Virus record (IMG/VR): IMGVR_UViG_3300006175_000004
Span: 1-64,000 of that record
Origin: a virus
Length of the DNA: 64,000 nucleotides
Strand: one strand, 5' to 3'
Shown: piece after piece, positions 8,491 through 17,716 of the stretch
Layout: every line of letters begins with the position of its first letter
How positions within the stretch are numbered: the first letter of the stretch is position 1
Notes under the pieces: generated by a model
Database searches by the model: none
What the model was told of the DNA's origin: nothing
Seen by the model: the letters and a program-made list of their open reading frames with translations, nothing else
Translations under genes and position numbers: made by a program

Positions 8491-9158
8491 CCACGCAAAG
8501 CCCCGGCCACTGCAAGCATGGGTACATCAATATGCCTTGTGGTTTGTGCCGCGAAGAAGAAGACGCTGCCCTGCGGGATTTAATGGCCCGCGATGAAGGT
8601 AAAAAGCACCAGTCCAAACAGGACGGGTGGAAAGCCGGGTGGGATGCTGCCGCGAGCATGTTTTCCGGCATCCTGACAAGTGGCTTGACCGACAAGATCG
8701 AGCAAGCGGTCCACGACATGGTCTACGACCATTTCAATAAAGCCAGCGATGAGATCAGGGCAATGACTCCAGTCCGCGATCTGCGGCAGCAAAAGGTTGT
8801 CGATTGGGGAATCGATGCCTTCGGCAAGGATCACATGACCAGCGTCGAACAGCGCGGCCTGCGAATGGTCGAAGAAGCCATCGAAGCGGCACAGGCAGCC
8901 GGGTGCGACCCCGCTGCGCTGCACCATTTGATCCTGTATGTTTACTCAAAGCCCGTGGGCGATCTAAGGCAGGAAGTTGGCGGCACACAGGTTTGTCTTA
9001 TGGCGCTGGCGAATGCGGCAGGCTTCAGCGCCGACCAAGCAGAGCAGCAAGAGATCGAGCGGGTGATTTCTCAGCCTGCCGAGCATTGGGCTGCCCGCAA
9101 TCGGGTAAAGAACGAAGCCGGATTTGTAGCCGGTGCATGGCAAGGAGAAAAGAAATGA
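8487..9158 (+). CDS. MazG-like nucleotide pyrophosphohydrolase domain protein
   Basis: C-terminal W...AFG...RGLRMVEEAIEAAQ...QEVGG all-alpha NTP-PPase pattern. Confidence 0.65.
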   Translation: MTTQSPGHCKHGYINMPCGLCREEEDAALRDLMARDEGKKHQSKQDGWKAGWDAAASMFSGILTSGLTDKIEQAVHDMVYDHFNKASDEIRAMTPVRDLRQQKVVDWGIDAFGKDHMTSVEQRGLRMVEEAIEAAQAAGCDPAALHHLILYVYSKPVGDLRQEVGGTQVCLMALANAAGFSADQAEQQEIERVISQPAEHWAARNRVKNEAGFVAGAWQGEKK

Positions 9159-9445
9159 CCACTTTGAAAGAACTGCGCGATCAAGGAACTGTCGGTGCCG
9201 ATATGAGCCCCGGCGATCCAGTTTGTGCGTGGGCCGCTGATGAAATCGAGCGCCTGCAGGCCGAGCTCAGAGCGAAGTCAGATGACCACTACCGTGTATT
9301 CCTTCTGCAAAAACACTTGGCAGATGACTACAACAAACTGACGATGAAGTTCCTTGAATGCCGGAAGGAATGCGCGGAACTGCGGGCCTGCCTTCGCACA
9401 ATCGCGACGCTCGCTGCGGAAAATTCGGTTCCCCGCCCATCCTGA
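9155..9445 (+). CDS. Hypothetical coiled-coil protein
   Basis: ATGA-coupled start MTTLKELRD; AADEIERLQAEL motif common in phage small proteins. Confidence 0.6.
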   Translation: MTTLKELRDQGTVGADMSPGDPVCAWAADEIERLQAELRAKSDDHYRVFLLQKHLADDYNKLTMKFLECRKECAELRACLRTIATLAAENSVPRPS

Positions 9446-9468
9446 AATACCGAACGTATGTTGAGAGT

Positions 9469-10098
9469 ATGGATGAAAAATTGCTTCAGCAATTGGGGAA
9501 GATGTCTGCCGCTGAACTGGACGAGCTCATTGCGTTCGCCAAGGACAAGCGGAAGGGCAAGAAGCGTCCTGCCAAATTGCAGGGCGATGATTGGCTGTTC
9601 GATGGCTTGGCTGATTTCCTGATCAATCACGGTAAGGTCAACGGCAATTGGCGTTATTCAATTCAGCAGAACGAACGCTACCTGATCTACCTGAAGAAGC
9701 GGGATGAAGCCCAAGCCTTCCTTGCCGAGCTGATACCCGAAGGCGACAGCCGGGCAAGGGCGCAGCTAATGCGTCTTGTGGCAATTGCCCTGTCTGATCT
9801 GCTGACCGAGCGACAAATCTTTTATCCGTCGACCATGTTGTCACGTGTCGATCTAATCCCTGAAGCCATTGACCGTGCATTCCCCGGCTACGTGCAGGCC
9901 GGGCTGTTCCGATCCATCCTTTTACCCGACGAAGAAAGGCCGAAGAAGATGAGCCGTGACCGCTTTGAGTTAGTGAACGGGAATCGCATCCTTGATACCG
10001 AGACGCACGATGATGTGCCAAAGGACAACCGTGACATCGTCCGATTTCTGAATCACCTTGTCGAAGAAAAGGCACAGTCAGATCGTGGCAGAAGATAA
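9469..10098 (+). CDS. Hypothetical protein upstream of helicase
   Basis: ~209-aa ORF overlapping the helicase start. Confidence 0.6.
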   Translation: MDEKLLQQLGKMSAAELDELIAFAKDKRKGKKRPAKLQGDDWLFDGLADFLINHGKVNGNWRYSIQQNERYLIYLKKRDEAQAFLAELIPEGDSRARAQLMRLVAIALSDLLTERQIFYPSTMLSRVDLIPEAIDRAFPGYVQAGLFRSILLPDEERPKKMSRDRFELVNGNRILDTETHDDVPKDNRDIVRFLNHLVEEKAQSDRGRR

Positions 10099-11512
10099 GC
10101 TTACCACTTCCCTTCAGGAATCCGTCCTGACGCTGATCTGTTGCGATGATCGGCGGGGCGCGATTGCGGCCAATCAGATCGATGTAGAATTATTCGAACC
10201 ACCCTACGATGATATCGCCAAGCGGGCGATCAGCTATCGCAAGCGATTCAAGAAGCCACCCGGCCTTGCTCACCTTGACGATCTGTTCGACCATATCCTT
10301 GGCGATCCTAAATCGAAGCGACACCATGTCTACAAGCAGGTGCTTCAGGGGATCAGTGCGCAATCGCAGAACCTGAATGCCGAATATGTTCTGTCTCGGG
10401 TTCAGGATTTCCAAGAGCGGCAAAGCCTGAAGGTCGCTGTCCTTGATGCAGCCGAAGCCTACAAGCGGGGCGGGGATGATCTCGTCACCAATGTCCGCAC
10501 CATTCTGAACGACGCGCTGAAGTTTCGGGAAGACACGAACGACAGCGGTATCTTCCTTGGGGATCGGAAGCAGGTGCTTCGCGTGCTGACCAATCCCCGG
10601 CGCACGTCCTACAAGCTTGGCATCAAGGAACTGGACCGCCTTGGCTTGGGGCCGACACAGGGCGAAGTGCTCGCCTTCATGGCCCCAAAGGGCGGGGGAA
10701 AGACTTGGTTCTGCATCGAGGCCGCTGTCCGATTGCTTCAGCAACAGGCGAAGGTGGTCCACATCAGCTTGGAAATGTCGGAAGAACGGCTGGTGCCCCG
10801 CTACATGCAGCGCATGTTCGCCATCTCGAAACGCAACGAGAGCTTTTCTGTTGCCAATCTCGAGATGGATGATCAGGGACGGGTGGTCGCTCTGAAGCAG
10901 CGGCGATCCCGCGCTCGCCTTTCCCTATCCGACAAGGACATCTACGAAAAGATCGGGGCGAAGCTTGACCGCTTCGGATCGCGTCTGTCCAAATTGGTGG
11001 TCAAGGAATTCCCGACAAGCACCCTGTCCATCGATCAGGTCGAAGCCTACCTTGATGGACTGGAACTCAGCCACGGCTTCAGCCCGGATGCTTTGATCAT
11101 CGATTATCCAAAGCTGATGAAGCTGCCGCGCAATCAGGAATACCGGTTGGCGGTCGGCGGAAACTTTGAGGCACTTCGTGGAATGCTCATCCGGCGCAAT
11201 CTTGCTGGCATCTTCCCGATCCAATCCCATCGCGAAGCGGAAAGCGCGAAGCTCATCACCGGGCAGAATATCGGGGAAGACTACAGCATGGGGCAAACCG
11301 CCGACATTCTGATCACTTACAATCAGACCCGCGCGGAGCACGCTGCCGGATTGGCCCGGCTGTATGTCGATAAGGCAAGGAATGAAGAAGACAAGTTCGC
11401 GGTTCTGATTGCACAGAATTACAAGACCGGCCAATTCTGTCGCGATTCAGCTTGGGTGCCGGGAAACTATTGGCGCAGCCTGAAAGAGCTCACAGGGAAG
11501 GGCGAAGAATGA
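10058..11512 (+). CDS. Replicative DNA helicase, DnaB-like (SF4)
   Basis: Walker A APKGGGKT, HISLEMSE, Walker B LIIDY, QSHR, ARLYVDKARN. Confidence 0.92.
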   Translation: MSKKRHSQIVAEDKLTTSLQESVLTLICCDDRRGAIAANQIDVELFEPPYDDIAKRAISYRKRFKKPPGLAHLDDLFDHILGDPKSKRHHVYKQVLQGISAQSQNLNAEYVLSRVQDFQERQSLKVAVLDAAEAYKRGGDDLVTNVRTILNDALKFREDTNDSGIFLGDRKQVLRVLTNPRRTSYKLGIKELDRLGLGPTQGEVLAFMAPKGGGKTWFCIEAAVRLLQQQAKVVHISLEMSEERLVPRYMQRMFAISKRNESFSVANLEMDDQGRVVALKQRRSRARLSLSDKDIYEKIGAKLDRFGSRLSKLVVKEFPTSTLSIDQVEAYLDGLELSHGFSPDALIIDYPKLMKLPRNQEYRLAVGGNFEALRGMLIRRNLAGIFPIQSHREAESAKLITGQNIGEDYSMGQTADILITYNQTRAEHAAGLARLYVDKARNEEDKFAVLIAQNYKTGQFCRDSAWVPGNYWRSLKELTGKGEE

Positions 11513-11793
11513 TCAGTAAGGAAACGATGGACGCAGTCTGCTCCGATTGCGCCTTGTATGGTAAAATTATGATGCACCAAGCGGGCGGGGAACCTATTGA
11601 CCACCTGACAATGGTCACCGCAATATTCCTGAAGGCTGCGTGCGCCTTTGCGGTGCTGCGGAATTGGGATGAAGCCCGCACGCTGAAACGGGCACAGGAA
11701 ATGGTGCGCGATCATCTGCCCACCGCATACAAGGAAGTCAAAGCGGACTACGAAAACCTGATGAAGCAGCAGGCAGGGGAAGCAAAGCATTGA
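11509..11793 (+). CDS. Hypothetical protein
   Basis: ATGA-coupled ORF MISKETMD... Confidence 0.55.
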   Translation: MISKETMDAVCSDCALYGKIMMHQAGGEPIDHLTMVTAIFLKAACAFAVLRNWDEARTLKRAQEMVRDHLPTAYKEVKADYENLMKQQAGEAKH

Positions 11794-11984
11794 TCACAGA
11801 AAGACCAGTCGATCCCGGATGGTATTGGGCGAAGTTCAAGCATGAAGGGGCGAAGCCTGAAATCGTGAAGGTTGAAGGCCCGCTCAGTTGGTCGCCAATG
11901 CAGACCACCAAGCGGGCGGGGCGGGGCGGGGCCTACTTCCTTGGGGAATTCGATCTCATCCAAAAGATCGACGATCTGACCTGA
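11790..11984 (+). CDS. Small hypothetical protein
   Basis: PGWYWAK motif; coupled to both neighbours. Confidence 0.55.
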   Translation: MITERPVDPGWYWAKFKHEGAKPEIVKVEGPLSWSPMQTTKRAGRGGAYFLGEFDLIQKIDDLT

Positions 11985-13549
11985 TGCTGCATCCCCTCGC
12001 GATCAAGGAATTCCTGGCTCGCAAGCATGATGACCATTCGTGGCTGAAGAAGATTCCCGAAAAGGAACTGGACCGACAGCTTCGTGACCTTCGCTTCCAC
12101 GCGGTGCGTCGCGACAAGCCCTTGGACATTCACCAGAAGGTGATGATCCTGCTGGGGATTGCCTACCCGCGCTTCGCCTTTTGGGCCGCAATGGGATCAG
12201 GCAAGACCCGCGTGATTCTGGAATTGCTGAACTACTTTTGGCAGCGCAACCAGTTCAGCCGGGGCTTAGTGCTGATCCCATCTGAAAGCGGGGTCTTCTC
12301 ATGGGTCGACCAGATTGAAGAATGGGAAATCGACATCCCCTTCCTGCCGCTCGGCAATGGCGGCACCGATGAAAAGCGCGATCAGATTGAAGACTTCGAC
12401 GAAGGATTGATCCTTGCCACCTACAACGGGGCCATGTGGCTGTTTTCCAAGCGGCACAAGAAGGAGCGCCGCAGGATCAATAACATTTACCGGGCGAAGA
12501 AGTTCGGTGCGACGATTGATGCAATTATCCCCGATGAATCGACCAAGCTCGGCAATCAAGATTCCCTGATCTACCGAATCTGCCGGGCAATGATCCGGGC
12601 CGAAGATGGTCCGAAGTTTGTCTGGCCCTTGGCGGGGCGACCATTCGGACGCGATCCTACGATGATGTGGTCGCAGCAGTTCCTAGTCGATGAAGGCGAG
12701 AGCCTTGGCGACACCTTGGGCCTGTTTCGCGCGGCCTTTTTCGATGAGAAAAAGGGCTGGTTCAAAATGTATGACTACAAATTCAAGGAAGAGCTGCGGC
12801 CCAAGCTGACCGAGTGCATCGGGCACCGCTCGATTTCCTATTCCATCGGTGAGTGCATCACGCTTCCGAAGAAGGTGCCCATCAAGCGACATGTCGAATT
12901 GCCGAAGTCCACCCGATCCTATTACGAAGACGCGGTGAAGGCTCTGTGGCAGGCGCGGGGCGACATGACCAAAGCCGAGAACGCCTTCCTGCGGATGCGG
13001 CAATTGTCGTCGGGCTTCCTTGGTACCAAGGATGACGAGACCGGCGAAAAAGCCGAGCTGACCTTTCCGTCAAATCCGAAGCTCGATCTGTTGATCGACT
13101 TGGTGACTGAAATGCCGGAAGACCGGAAGTTCGTGGTCTTCCATGACTTCACGCACAGCGGTCGAATGATCAGCGCCGCCATGAAGAAGGCGAAGGTGAA
13201 GACCGAGTGGATATGGGGCGGCACCAAAAACACGCAGGATATCCTGCGCCGCTTCAAGCGTGACCCATCGCTCACAGGACTGGTCATCAATTCCCGAATC
13301 GGATCGATGGTGCTGAATTTGCAGATCGCCAATTACATTTTCTATTTCGAGTCACCGGTCGGTGCGATTGACCGCGACCAGTCGGAAGCGCGGGTGTGGC
13401 GCAAGGGTCAATTGCTGCCCTGCTTCATTTACGATCTGATCTGTCGGGGCACCGCTGATCAGAAGATTCTCGACTTCCATTCCGAAGGGACCGGGCTCCT
13501 GAAGGCCCTGCTTCGCCACCCTGAAATCTTGGGGCGCAGGCCCGCCTGA
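11984..13549 (+). CDS. SNF2-family helicase
   Basis: MGSGKT, IPDEST, LAGRP, LRMRQLSSGFL, NPKLDLL, LNLQIA, QSEARVWRKGQ; TGATG-coupled start. Confidence 0.9.
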   Translation: MLHPLAIKEFLARKHDDHSWLKKIPEKELDRQLRDLRFHAVRRDKPLDIHQKVMILLGIAYPRFAFWAAMGSGKTRVILELLNYFWQRNQFSRGLVLIPSESGVFSWVDQIEEWEIDIPFLPLGNGGTDEKRDQIEDFDEGLILATYNGAMWLFSKRHKKERRRINNIYRAKKFGATIDAIIPDESTKLGNQDSLIYRICRAMIRAEDGPKFVWPLAGRPFGRDPTMMWSQQFLVDEGESLGDTLGLFRAAFFDEKKGWFKMYDYKFKEELRPKLTECIGHRSISYSIGECITLPKKVPIKRHVELPKSTRSYYEDAVKALWQARGDMTKAENAFLRMRQLSSGFLGTKDDETGEKAELTFPSNPKLDLLIDLVTEMPEDRKFVVFHDFTHSGRMISAAMKKAKVKTEWIWGGTKNTQDILRRFKRDPSLTGLVINSRIGSMVLNLQIANYIFYFESPVGAIDRDQSEARVWRKGQLLPCFIYDLICRGTADQKILDFHSEGTGLLKALLRHPEILGRRPA

Positions 13550-13638
13550 AGCGGCCCCGGAAGCCAGTAGGCCGGAAATCCCGGCAGACTGCCGAAAATG
13601 GCCCCGCAAGCTCTTAGGAACACTTCGTAATTTAGCTC

Positions 13639-13667
13639 TTGCACGCCAATCGGTAACATTCCATATT
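13639..13667 (+). promoter_or_regulatory. Sigma70-type early promoter
   Basis: TTGCAC-N17-CATATT with AT-richer upstream sequence; fits alphaproteobacterial housekeeping promoters. Confidence 0.7.
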
Positions 13668-13671
13668 AACT

Positions 13672-14050
13672 GCGCTGAACGGCGGGCATGGAAACCCCGC
13701 CCCAAGCACAGGGATCAGAAGGCCCCCAAGCAGCCCCGGAATTGGCATCCGCTTTCTGCACCGCGCCTGCCGCGCGATTAGTCGAAAACGGACCAAGCTC
13801 AGGCAGGACAAGATACCCCGATAAAAGGGCGCGGTCCAAAACCCCGGAAAGGCCGATCAGCAGCGCCGGGAGAAGAACGGAAATCCAGACGGCGAGCAGT
13901 GTCCAAGCGACCGCGAAAGGAATCAGGGAAAGGCCCAAGCGAGCGCCCTGATCAATCGGTAGCCAAAGAGCAGAGATTTCCAGAAATCGAATCACATATC
14001 ATTTGCGGATTCAGCGGGCCGGATTTCCACCCGGCCTGCCCCGCCAATCT
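13672..14050 (+). ncRNA. Candidate structured non-coding RNA 2 (long leader of early operon)
   Basis: Three nested long-range helices closing several hairpins between the promoter and first credible start codon (14085). Confidence 0.65.
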
Positions 14051-14058
14051 TTTGCATT

Positions 14059-14080
14059 TGGAAACATCAAAAGGATCAAA
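14059..14080 (+). repeat. 22-bp repeat TGGAAACATCAAAAGGATCAAA, copy 1
   Basis: Identical to 15292-15313; 4 nt upstream of ATG. Confidence 0.85.
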
Positions 14081-14084
14081 CAAA

Positions 14085-14354
14085 ATGAAACGCACCATGA
14101 CGCTTACGCTTTCAATCGAAGTGGAAGATTTGCCTGACAGCGAACTGAAAGAGATCGCGATTGAGCAATTGGGCTGCGACAGTGTCGAAGAAGCCGGGCT
14201 TGGATCGGTCGCGACCTATTCGGCTCGTGAAATTGCTGCGAACATGGTCGACGCCATGAACAACACCGACTGGCAGGCCGAAGGGGTGTGGGCGGGCAGC
14301 GAAATGTTCGCCAAGTTTGGCAAGATCGAATTCACCAAAGTGGAGTGGAACTGA
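14085..14354 (+). CDS. Early hypothetical protein (acidic)
   Basis: ATG after AAAGGA SD; 89 aa. Confidence 0.7.
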   Translation: MKRTMTLTLSIEVEDLPDSELKEIAIEQLGCDSVEEAGLGSVATYSAREIAANMVDAMNNTDWQAEGVWAGSEMFAKFGKIEFTKVEWN

Positions 14355-14614
14355 TGGCCACGAAGAAACCGACAGCGCGAATGGAATTGATGTACGGACG
14401 CTACGTCGACCCCCGGCACGAAAAGCGGGCCTTCCGCAAAATGGGAATGTCCGATCTGATCTACCTTGCTCATTGCATGGGGGAAGCTGCGGCGATGCGA
14501 TCCATTCCGCGCCACCAGATCAATCCCTTCCCACCCGGCGAGCGGCGCGACGCTTTCGACCGGGGCTTCTTGCAGGCCGACCCGATGGGCGAATGGATGG
14601 GGCGCAACCAATGA
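14354..14614 (+). CDS. Early hypothetical protein
   Basis: TGATG-coupled start MATKKPT. Confidence 0.6.
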   Translation: MATKKPTARMELMYGRYVDPRHEKRAFRKMGMSDLIYLAHCMGEAAAMRSIPRHQINPFPPGERRDAFDRGFLQADPMGEWMGRNQ

Positions 14615-14808
14615 AGATCACCCTGACCACAAACGACCCGGCTGAAATCCTGAAAGCCCTTGCCGACGAGGCAAGGCGACAGGCCGAAGGTGAATTCAGC
14701 TTCGCCCGGATGGCCCACACGAAGAAGGTTTCAGAAGCCCGAATGAATCGGGGCTTGGCCCTGAAGGACTTTGCTTCCTTCATCGATCAAATCAAAACCG
14801 GAGAATGA
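14611..14808 (+). CDS. Early hypothetical protein
   Basis: ATGA-coupled start MKITLTT. Confidence 0.6.
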   Translation: MKITLTTNDPAEILKALADEARRQAEGEFSFARMAHTKKVSEARMNRGLALKDFASFIDQIKTGE

Positions 14809-14809
14809 C

Positions 14810-15061
14810 ATGAAGAATAAAGCAGCCGCCGACATCGAAGCCGATAGGCTGAAGGTGCTTGCACATGCCACCCGCTTTGCGTCGGTGGCATTTCGCGGTC
14901 GCGGCAAATACGACCGCGTCGAATCCGATACCCTTGAGCAAGCGCGGGTGGCAGCATCCGAGCTTTATTTTGACCGGCCTGTCACGATCTACGCCATTGC
15001 CTACAATTTGGATGGCGCATCGATCCGGACAGCCCACATCGAAAATTGGAGCCCAAAATGA
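14810..15061 (+). CDS. Early hypothetical protein
   Basis: GGAG SD, start MKNKAAA. Confidence 0.6.
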   Translation: MKNKAAADIEADRLKVLAHATRFASVAFRGRGKYDRVESDTLEQARVAASELYFDRPVTIYAIAYNLDGASIRTAHIENWSPK

Positions 15062-15282
15062 CCACTTACCTTTTACTTTGCGGTGGATCGGTCGCGGTGC
15101 CGCAACTTTCTGCAACGGTGCATGAATTCATCAGTCAGAAAGACACAATTGCCCACGCCAAGGAAATGTCGAAGGCGATTGCCGGTCCGAACGTCTACCG
15201 CTTCAGCCTGTGGCTGGGCAAAACTTGCGTTGCTGATTGGCGGGTCGATCAAAAGCCGACCGTTATTGATTGCCCGCACTGA
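15058..15282 (+). CDS. Early hypothetical protein
   Basis: GGAG SD, ATGA-coupled. Confidence 0.55.
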   Translation: MTTYLLLCGGSVAVPQLSATVHEFISQKDTIAHAKEMSKAIAGPNVYRFSLWLGKTCVADWRVDQKPTVIDCPH

Positions 15283-15291
15283 ATTGAATTC

Positions 15292-15313
15292 TGGAAACAT
15301 CAAAAGGATCAAA
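15292..15313 (+). repeat. 22-bp repeat TGGAAACATCAAAAGGATCAAA, copy 2
   Basis: Identical to 14059-14080; 4 nt upstream of ATG. Confidence 0.85.
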
Positions 15314-15317
15314 TCAA

Positions 15318-16196
15318 ATGTCGACTTTCAATCTGTCTGAGAAAGCGGTGCTTGCGAACTTCACCATTTCCCGGTGGGGCGGTCAGCGTCTCGACGAAAC
15401 GGTGACCAAGGACACCAATACCCGGCTCGCCAATGGCAACGATGTCGGATCATACCGGAAGAAGCTTCTGCCACCGAAGGCCACCCTGAAGATTGACACA
15501 ATCGTTTATGCGGCCCGCAATTATCACCGGGCGAAGACGCAGCCGTGGCTGGACGACGGCACGCGGGTGCTTCCTTCGACATTGGCAATGGAATACGCCG
15601 CGAAGATTCACGAATTTCAATCCGACTTTGGTTCAGCGGTGGACGAATTCATCACCCACGATTATCCCGCCCACTTGCGGTCGGCACCCCGCCGCATGGG
15701 GTCGATGTTCAAGAAGGAAGATTATCCCACCCCGGAAAGCCTGCGGAACAGCTACAGCTTCAGGTCACTGATCTTGCCGATTCCAGATGCCCGCGATTTC
15801 CGGGTGGGTGGTATCGACCTGAATGAAGCGAAGAAGGAAATTGAATCGGCTATGGGCCAGATTCACGATCAGATGCTGCAAGATATCGGCCTGCGGATTC
15901 AGGATACGGTCGGCCACATGGCTGAGCGTCTGAAGAAATACAAACCCGCAGCCGGTAACAAGAAGGCGGAGAGCAGCTTCAAGAATTCGCTGGTCGAGAA
16001 TGTCCGCGACTTGGTGGCGCTGTTGCCGCACTTCAACCTTGACGCCGACCCGAAGCTTGCCAAGCTGATTGACAGCATCGGGAAGAACTTGTGCAAGCAC
16101 GAAGCTGAAGACTTGCGCTTGGACAGCAGGCTTCGCACCAAGGTCGCCAAGTCGGCGGACGAAGTGCTGAAAGCCATTTCCGACTACATCGCCTAA
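15318..16196 (+). CDS. DUF3150-like helical protein associated with MoxR/vWA cassettes
   Basis: ISRWGGQRLD, TQPWLDDGTRVLP, DYPTPESLR, LLPHFNL motifs; position before AAA ATPase. Confidence 0.65.
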   Translation: MSTFNLSEKAVLANFTISRWGGQRLDETVTKDTNTRLANGNDVGSYRKKLLPPKATLKIDTIVYAARNYHRAKTQPWLDDGTRVLPSTLAMEYAAKIHEFQSDFGSAVDEFITHDYPAHLRSAPRRMGSMFKKEDYPTPESLRNSYSFRSLILPIPDARDFRVGGIDLNEAKKEIESAMGQIHDQMLQDIGLRIQDTVGHMAERLKKYKPAAGNKKAESSFKNSLVENVRDLVALLPHFNLDADPKLAKLIDSIGKNLCKHEAEDLRLDSRLRTKVAKSADEVLKAISDYIA

Positions 16197-16209
16197 CCAA
16201 AACAAAAAC

Positions 16210-16326
16210 ATGCGCTACATTCTGCAATTTGCGGCAATCGCGTTCGCGGCAAAGTGGGTATTTGCTGCTGCGCACCTTTTCCAATCCATTGCCGACGCGA
16301 TTGCGTCGGTGAATGGCATTCACTGA
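16210..16326 (+). CDS. 38-aa hydrophobic peptide (not in ORF track)
   Basis: Manual translation MRYILQFAAIAFAAKWVFAAAHLFQSIADAIASVNGIH fills the intergenic gap. Confidence 0.4.
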   Translation: MRYILQFAAIAFAAKWVFAAAHLFQSIADAIASVNGIH

Positions 16327-16380
16327 TCAACCAAAGCTGGGTTGGAAACCCCGGCTTCGATCTTGAAAGGATCAAATTCA

Positions 16381-17385
16381 ATGTCTGACATGACACTTGC
16401 CATCGCGACAGAGTGCCTTCTCGCCAATGTCGCGGCGAACATTCCCACAATGCTTTGGTCACCACCGGGCGTCGGAAAATCCGACACCGTCCGCTATGTG
16501 GGAAGTCTGCTCAAATGCTCGGTGATTGACTTCCGGGCAGCCCTTCGCGACCCGGTCGATTTGCGGGGCCTTCCCTTGGTCGATGCCAAGTCAGGCACGA
16601 CCCGCTGGCTTCCGCCCGCCGAGCTTCCGCAGGAAGGCCGCGACGGGAAGAAGGGTATTCTGTTCATGGACGAGCTGAATGCAGCATCCCGGATGATGAT
16701 GGCCGCGTGCTTTGGATTGGTCCTTGAACGGAAGGTGGGCGAATATGTCCTTCCCGATGGCTGGGCAATCATTGCGGCGGGCAATCGCGTGCTTGACCGG
16801 GCCGCAGCCAATTCCATGCCGACCGCCTTGCGGAATCGGTTCGCCCATCTGACCATCGTGCCCGATTTACAAAGCTGGTGTGAATGGGCCGCACGGGTGG
16901 GCTTGCACCCATTGGTCACCGCCTTCGTTCGCTTCCGCCCTGAATTGCTGCACAAGATGCCGGAAGGCGAGGAGAACAGCTTCCCGACCCCGCGTGCATG
17001 GGAACGGGTGGCGAAGATTTGCGATGCGAAGGAAGGCATCCGCCAGCATCTGGTATCAGCCCTTGTGGGCGACGGCCCGGCTGCGGAATTCGAGGGCTTC
17101 ATCCGGGTATGGAAGAACCTGCCGTCGATCAACGACATCCTCGCCAATCCCCGGACGGTGCACTGCCCTTCTTACGATGAGCCCGCTCAGTGCTACGCCT
17201 TGGCGACAGGCTTGGCTCGCCGCTGCGACAAATCCAACTTCACAAATGCGGTGGCCTACACGGATCGGTTGCCGCGCGAATTCAGCGTGATGTTCGTGAT
17301 CGATGCCATCAAGAAGAACCCCGATCTGAAGAACACCAAGGCATTCACCGGCTGGTTCGCCCGCAATAGCGACGTCCTGATCTGA
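16381..17385 (+). CDS. MoxR-like AAA+ ATPase
   Basis: SPPGVGKS, DPVDLRGLP, LFMDELN, AAGN, ALRNRF, FPTPRAWE. Confidence 0.9.
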   Translation: MSDMTLAIATECLLANVAANIPTMLWSPPGVGKSDTVRYVGSLLKCSVIDFRAALRDPVDLRGLPLVDAKSGTTRWLPPAELPQEGRDGKKGILFMDELNAASRMMMAACFGLVLERKVGEYVLPDGWAIIAAGNRVLDRAAANSMPTALRNRFAHLTIVPDLQSWCEWAARVGLHPLVTAFVRFRPELLHKMPEGEENSFPTPRAWERVAKICDAKEGIRQHLVSALVGDGPAAEFEGFIRVWKNLPSINDILANPRTVHCPSYDEPAQCYALATGLARRCDKSNFTNAVAYTDRLPREFSVMFVIDAIKKNPDLKNTKAFTGWFARNSDVLI

Positions 17386-17399
17386 AAGGAGATCAAACA

Positions 17400-17591
17400 A
17401 TGTTGTGGATGGTTATTCAAAAACCAAAGCATCGATACGTGATGATTCAGAATATCCGATGCACAGTGATCGAAGCTCGATCAGGAAGGGCCGCGATTCA
17501 CCAAGCCAAGATAAGAAACTTCATCTGTGACAGAGACTACAGGCAACCTAAAGCAGTTCAGATCACAGCCGATTTGGACCTGTGGTTCTGA
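17400..17591 (+). CDS. Small hypothetical protein
   Basis: AAAGGAG SD before ATG. Confidence 0.55.
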   Translation: MLWMVIQKPKHRYVMIQNIRCTVIEARSGRAAIHQAKIRNFICDRDYRQPKAVQITADLDLWF

Positions 17592-17602
17592 AAGGATCGA
17601 CC

Positions 17603-17716
17603 ATGACTACTTGGATCATTTCCCACCAAACCGCCTTCTCTTGGTTTTGGTATGGCTTCGCAGCAGCGCAAGTGCTGAACCTTTTCTTCGCACTGATCAA
17701 AGGATCAAGAAGATGA
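17603..17716 (+). CDS. 37-aa membrane peptide (not in ORF track)
   Basis: AAAGGA SD; MTTWIISHQTAFSWFWYGFAAAQVLNLFFALIKGSRR; ATGA overlap with next gene. Confidence 0.55.
   Translation: MTTWIISHQTAFSWFWYGFAAAQVLNLFFALIKGSRR

Noticed and set aside
13681-13710. GGCATGGAAACCCCGCCCCAAGCA resembles a segment of RNase P RNA
   Set aside because: The universal GAGGAAAGUCC and 3' P4 elements were not found; the segment is explained by a local hairpin
13666-13995. ORFs 13688-13951 (+), 13666-13995 (-) and the 5' extension of 13899-14354
   Set aside because: No SD, low-complexity translations; the region is better explained by RNA structure and the true start at 14085
7250-14050. Retron or diversity-generating retroelement explanation for the structured RNAs
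   Set aside because: No reverse transcriptase motifs and no template/variable repeat pair were seen in the window
14059-15313. 22-bp repeats as a CRISPR array or att sites
   Set aside because: Only two exact copies 1.2 kb apart, each directly before a start codon; no cas or integrase gene in the window
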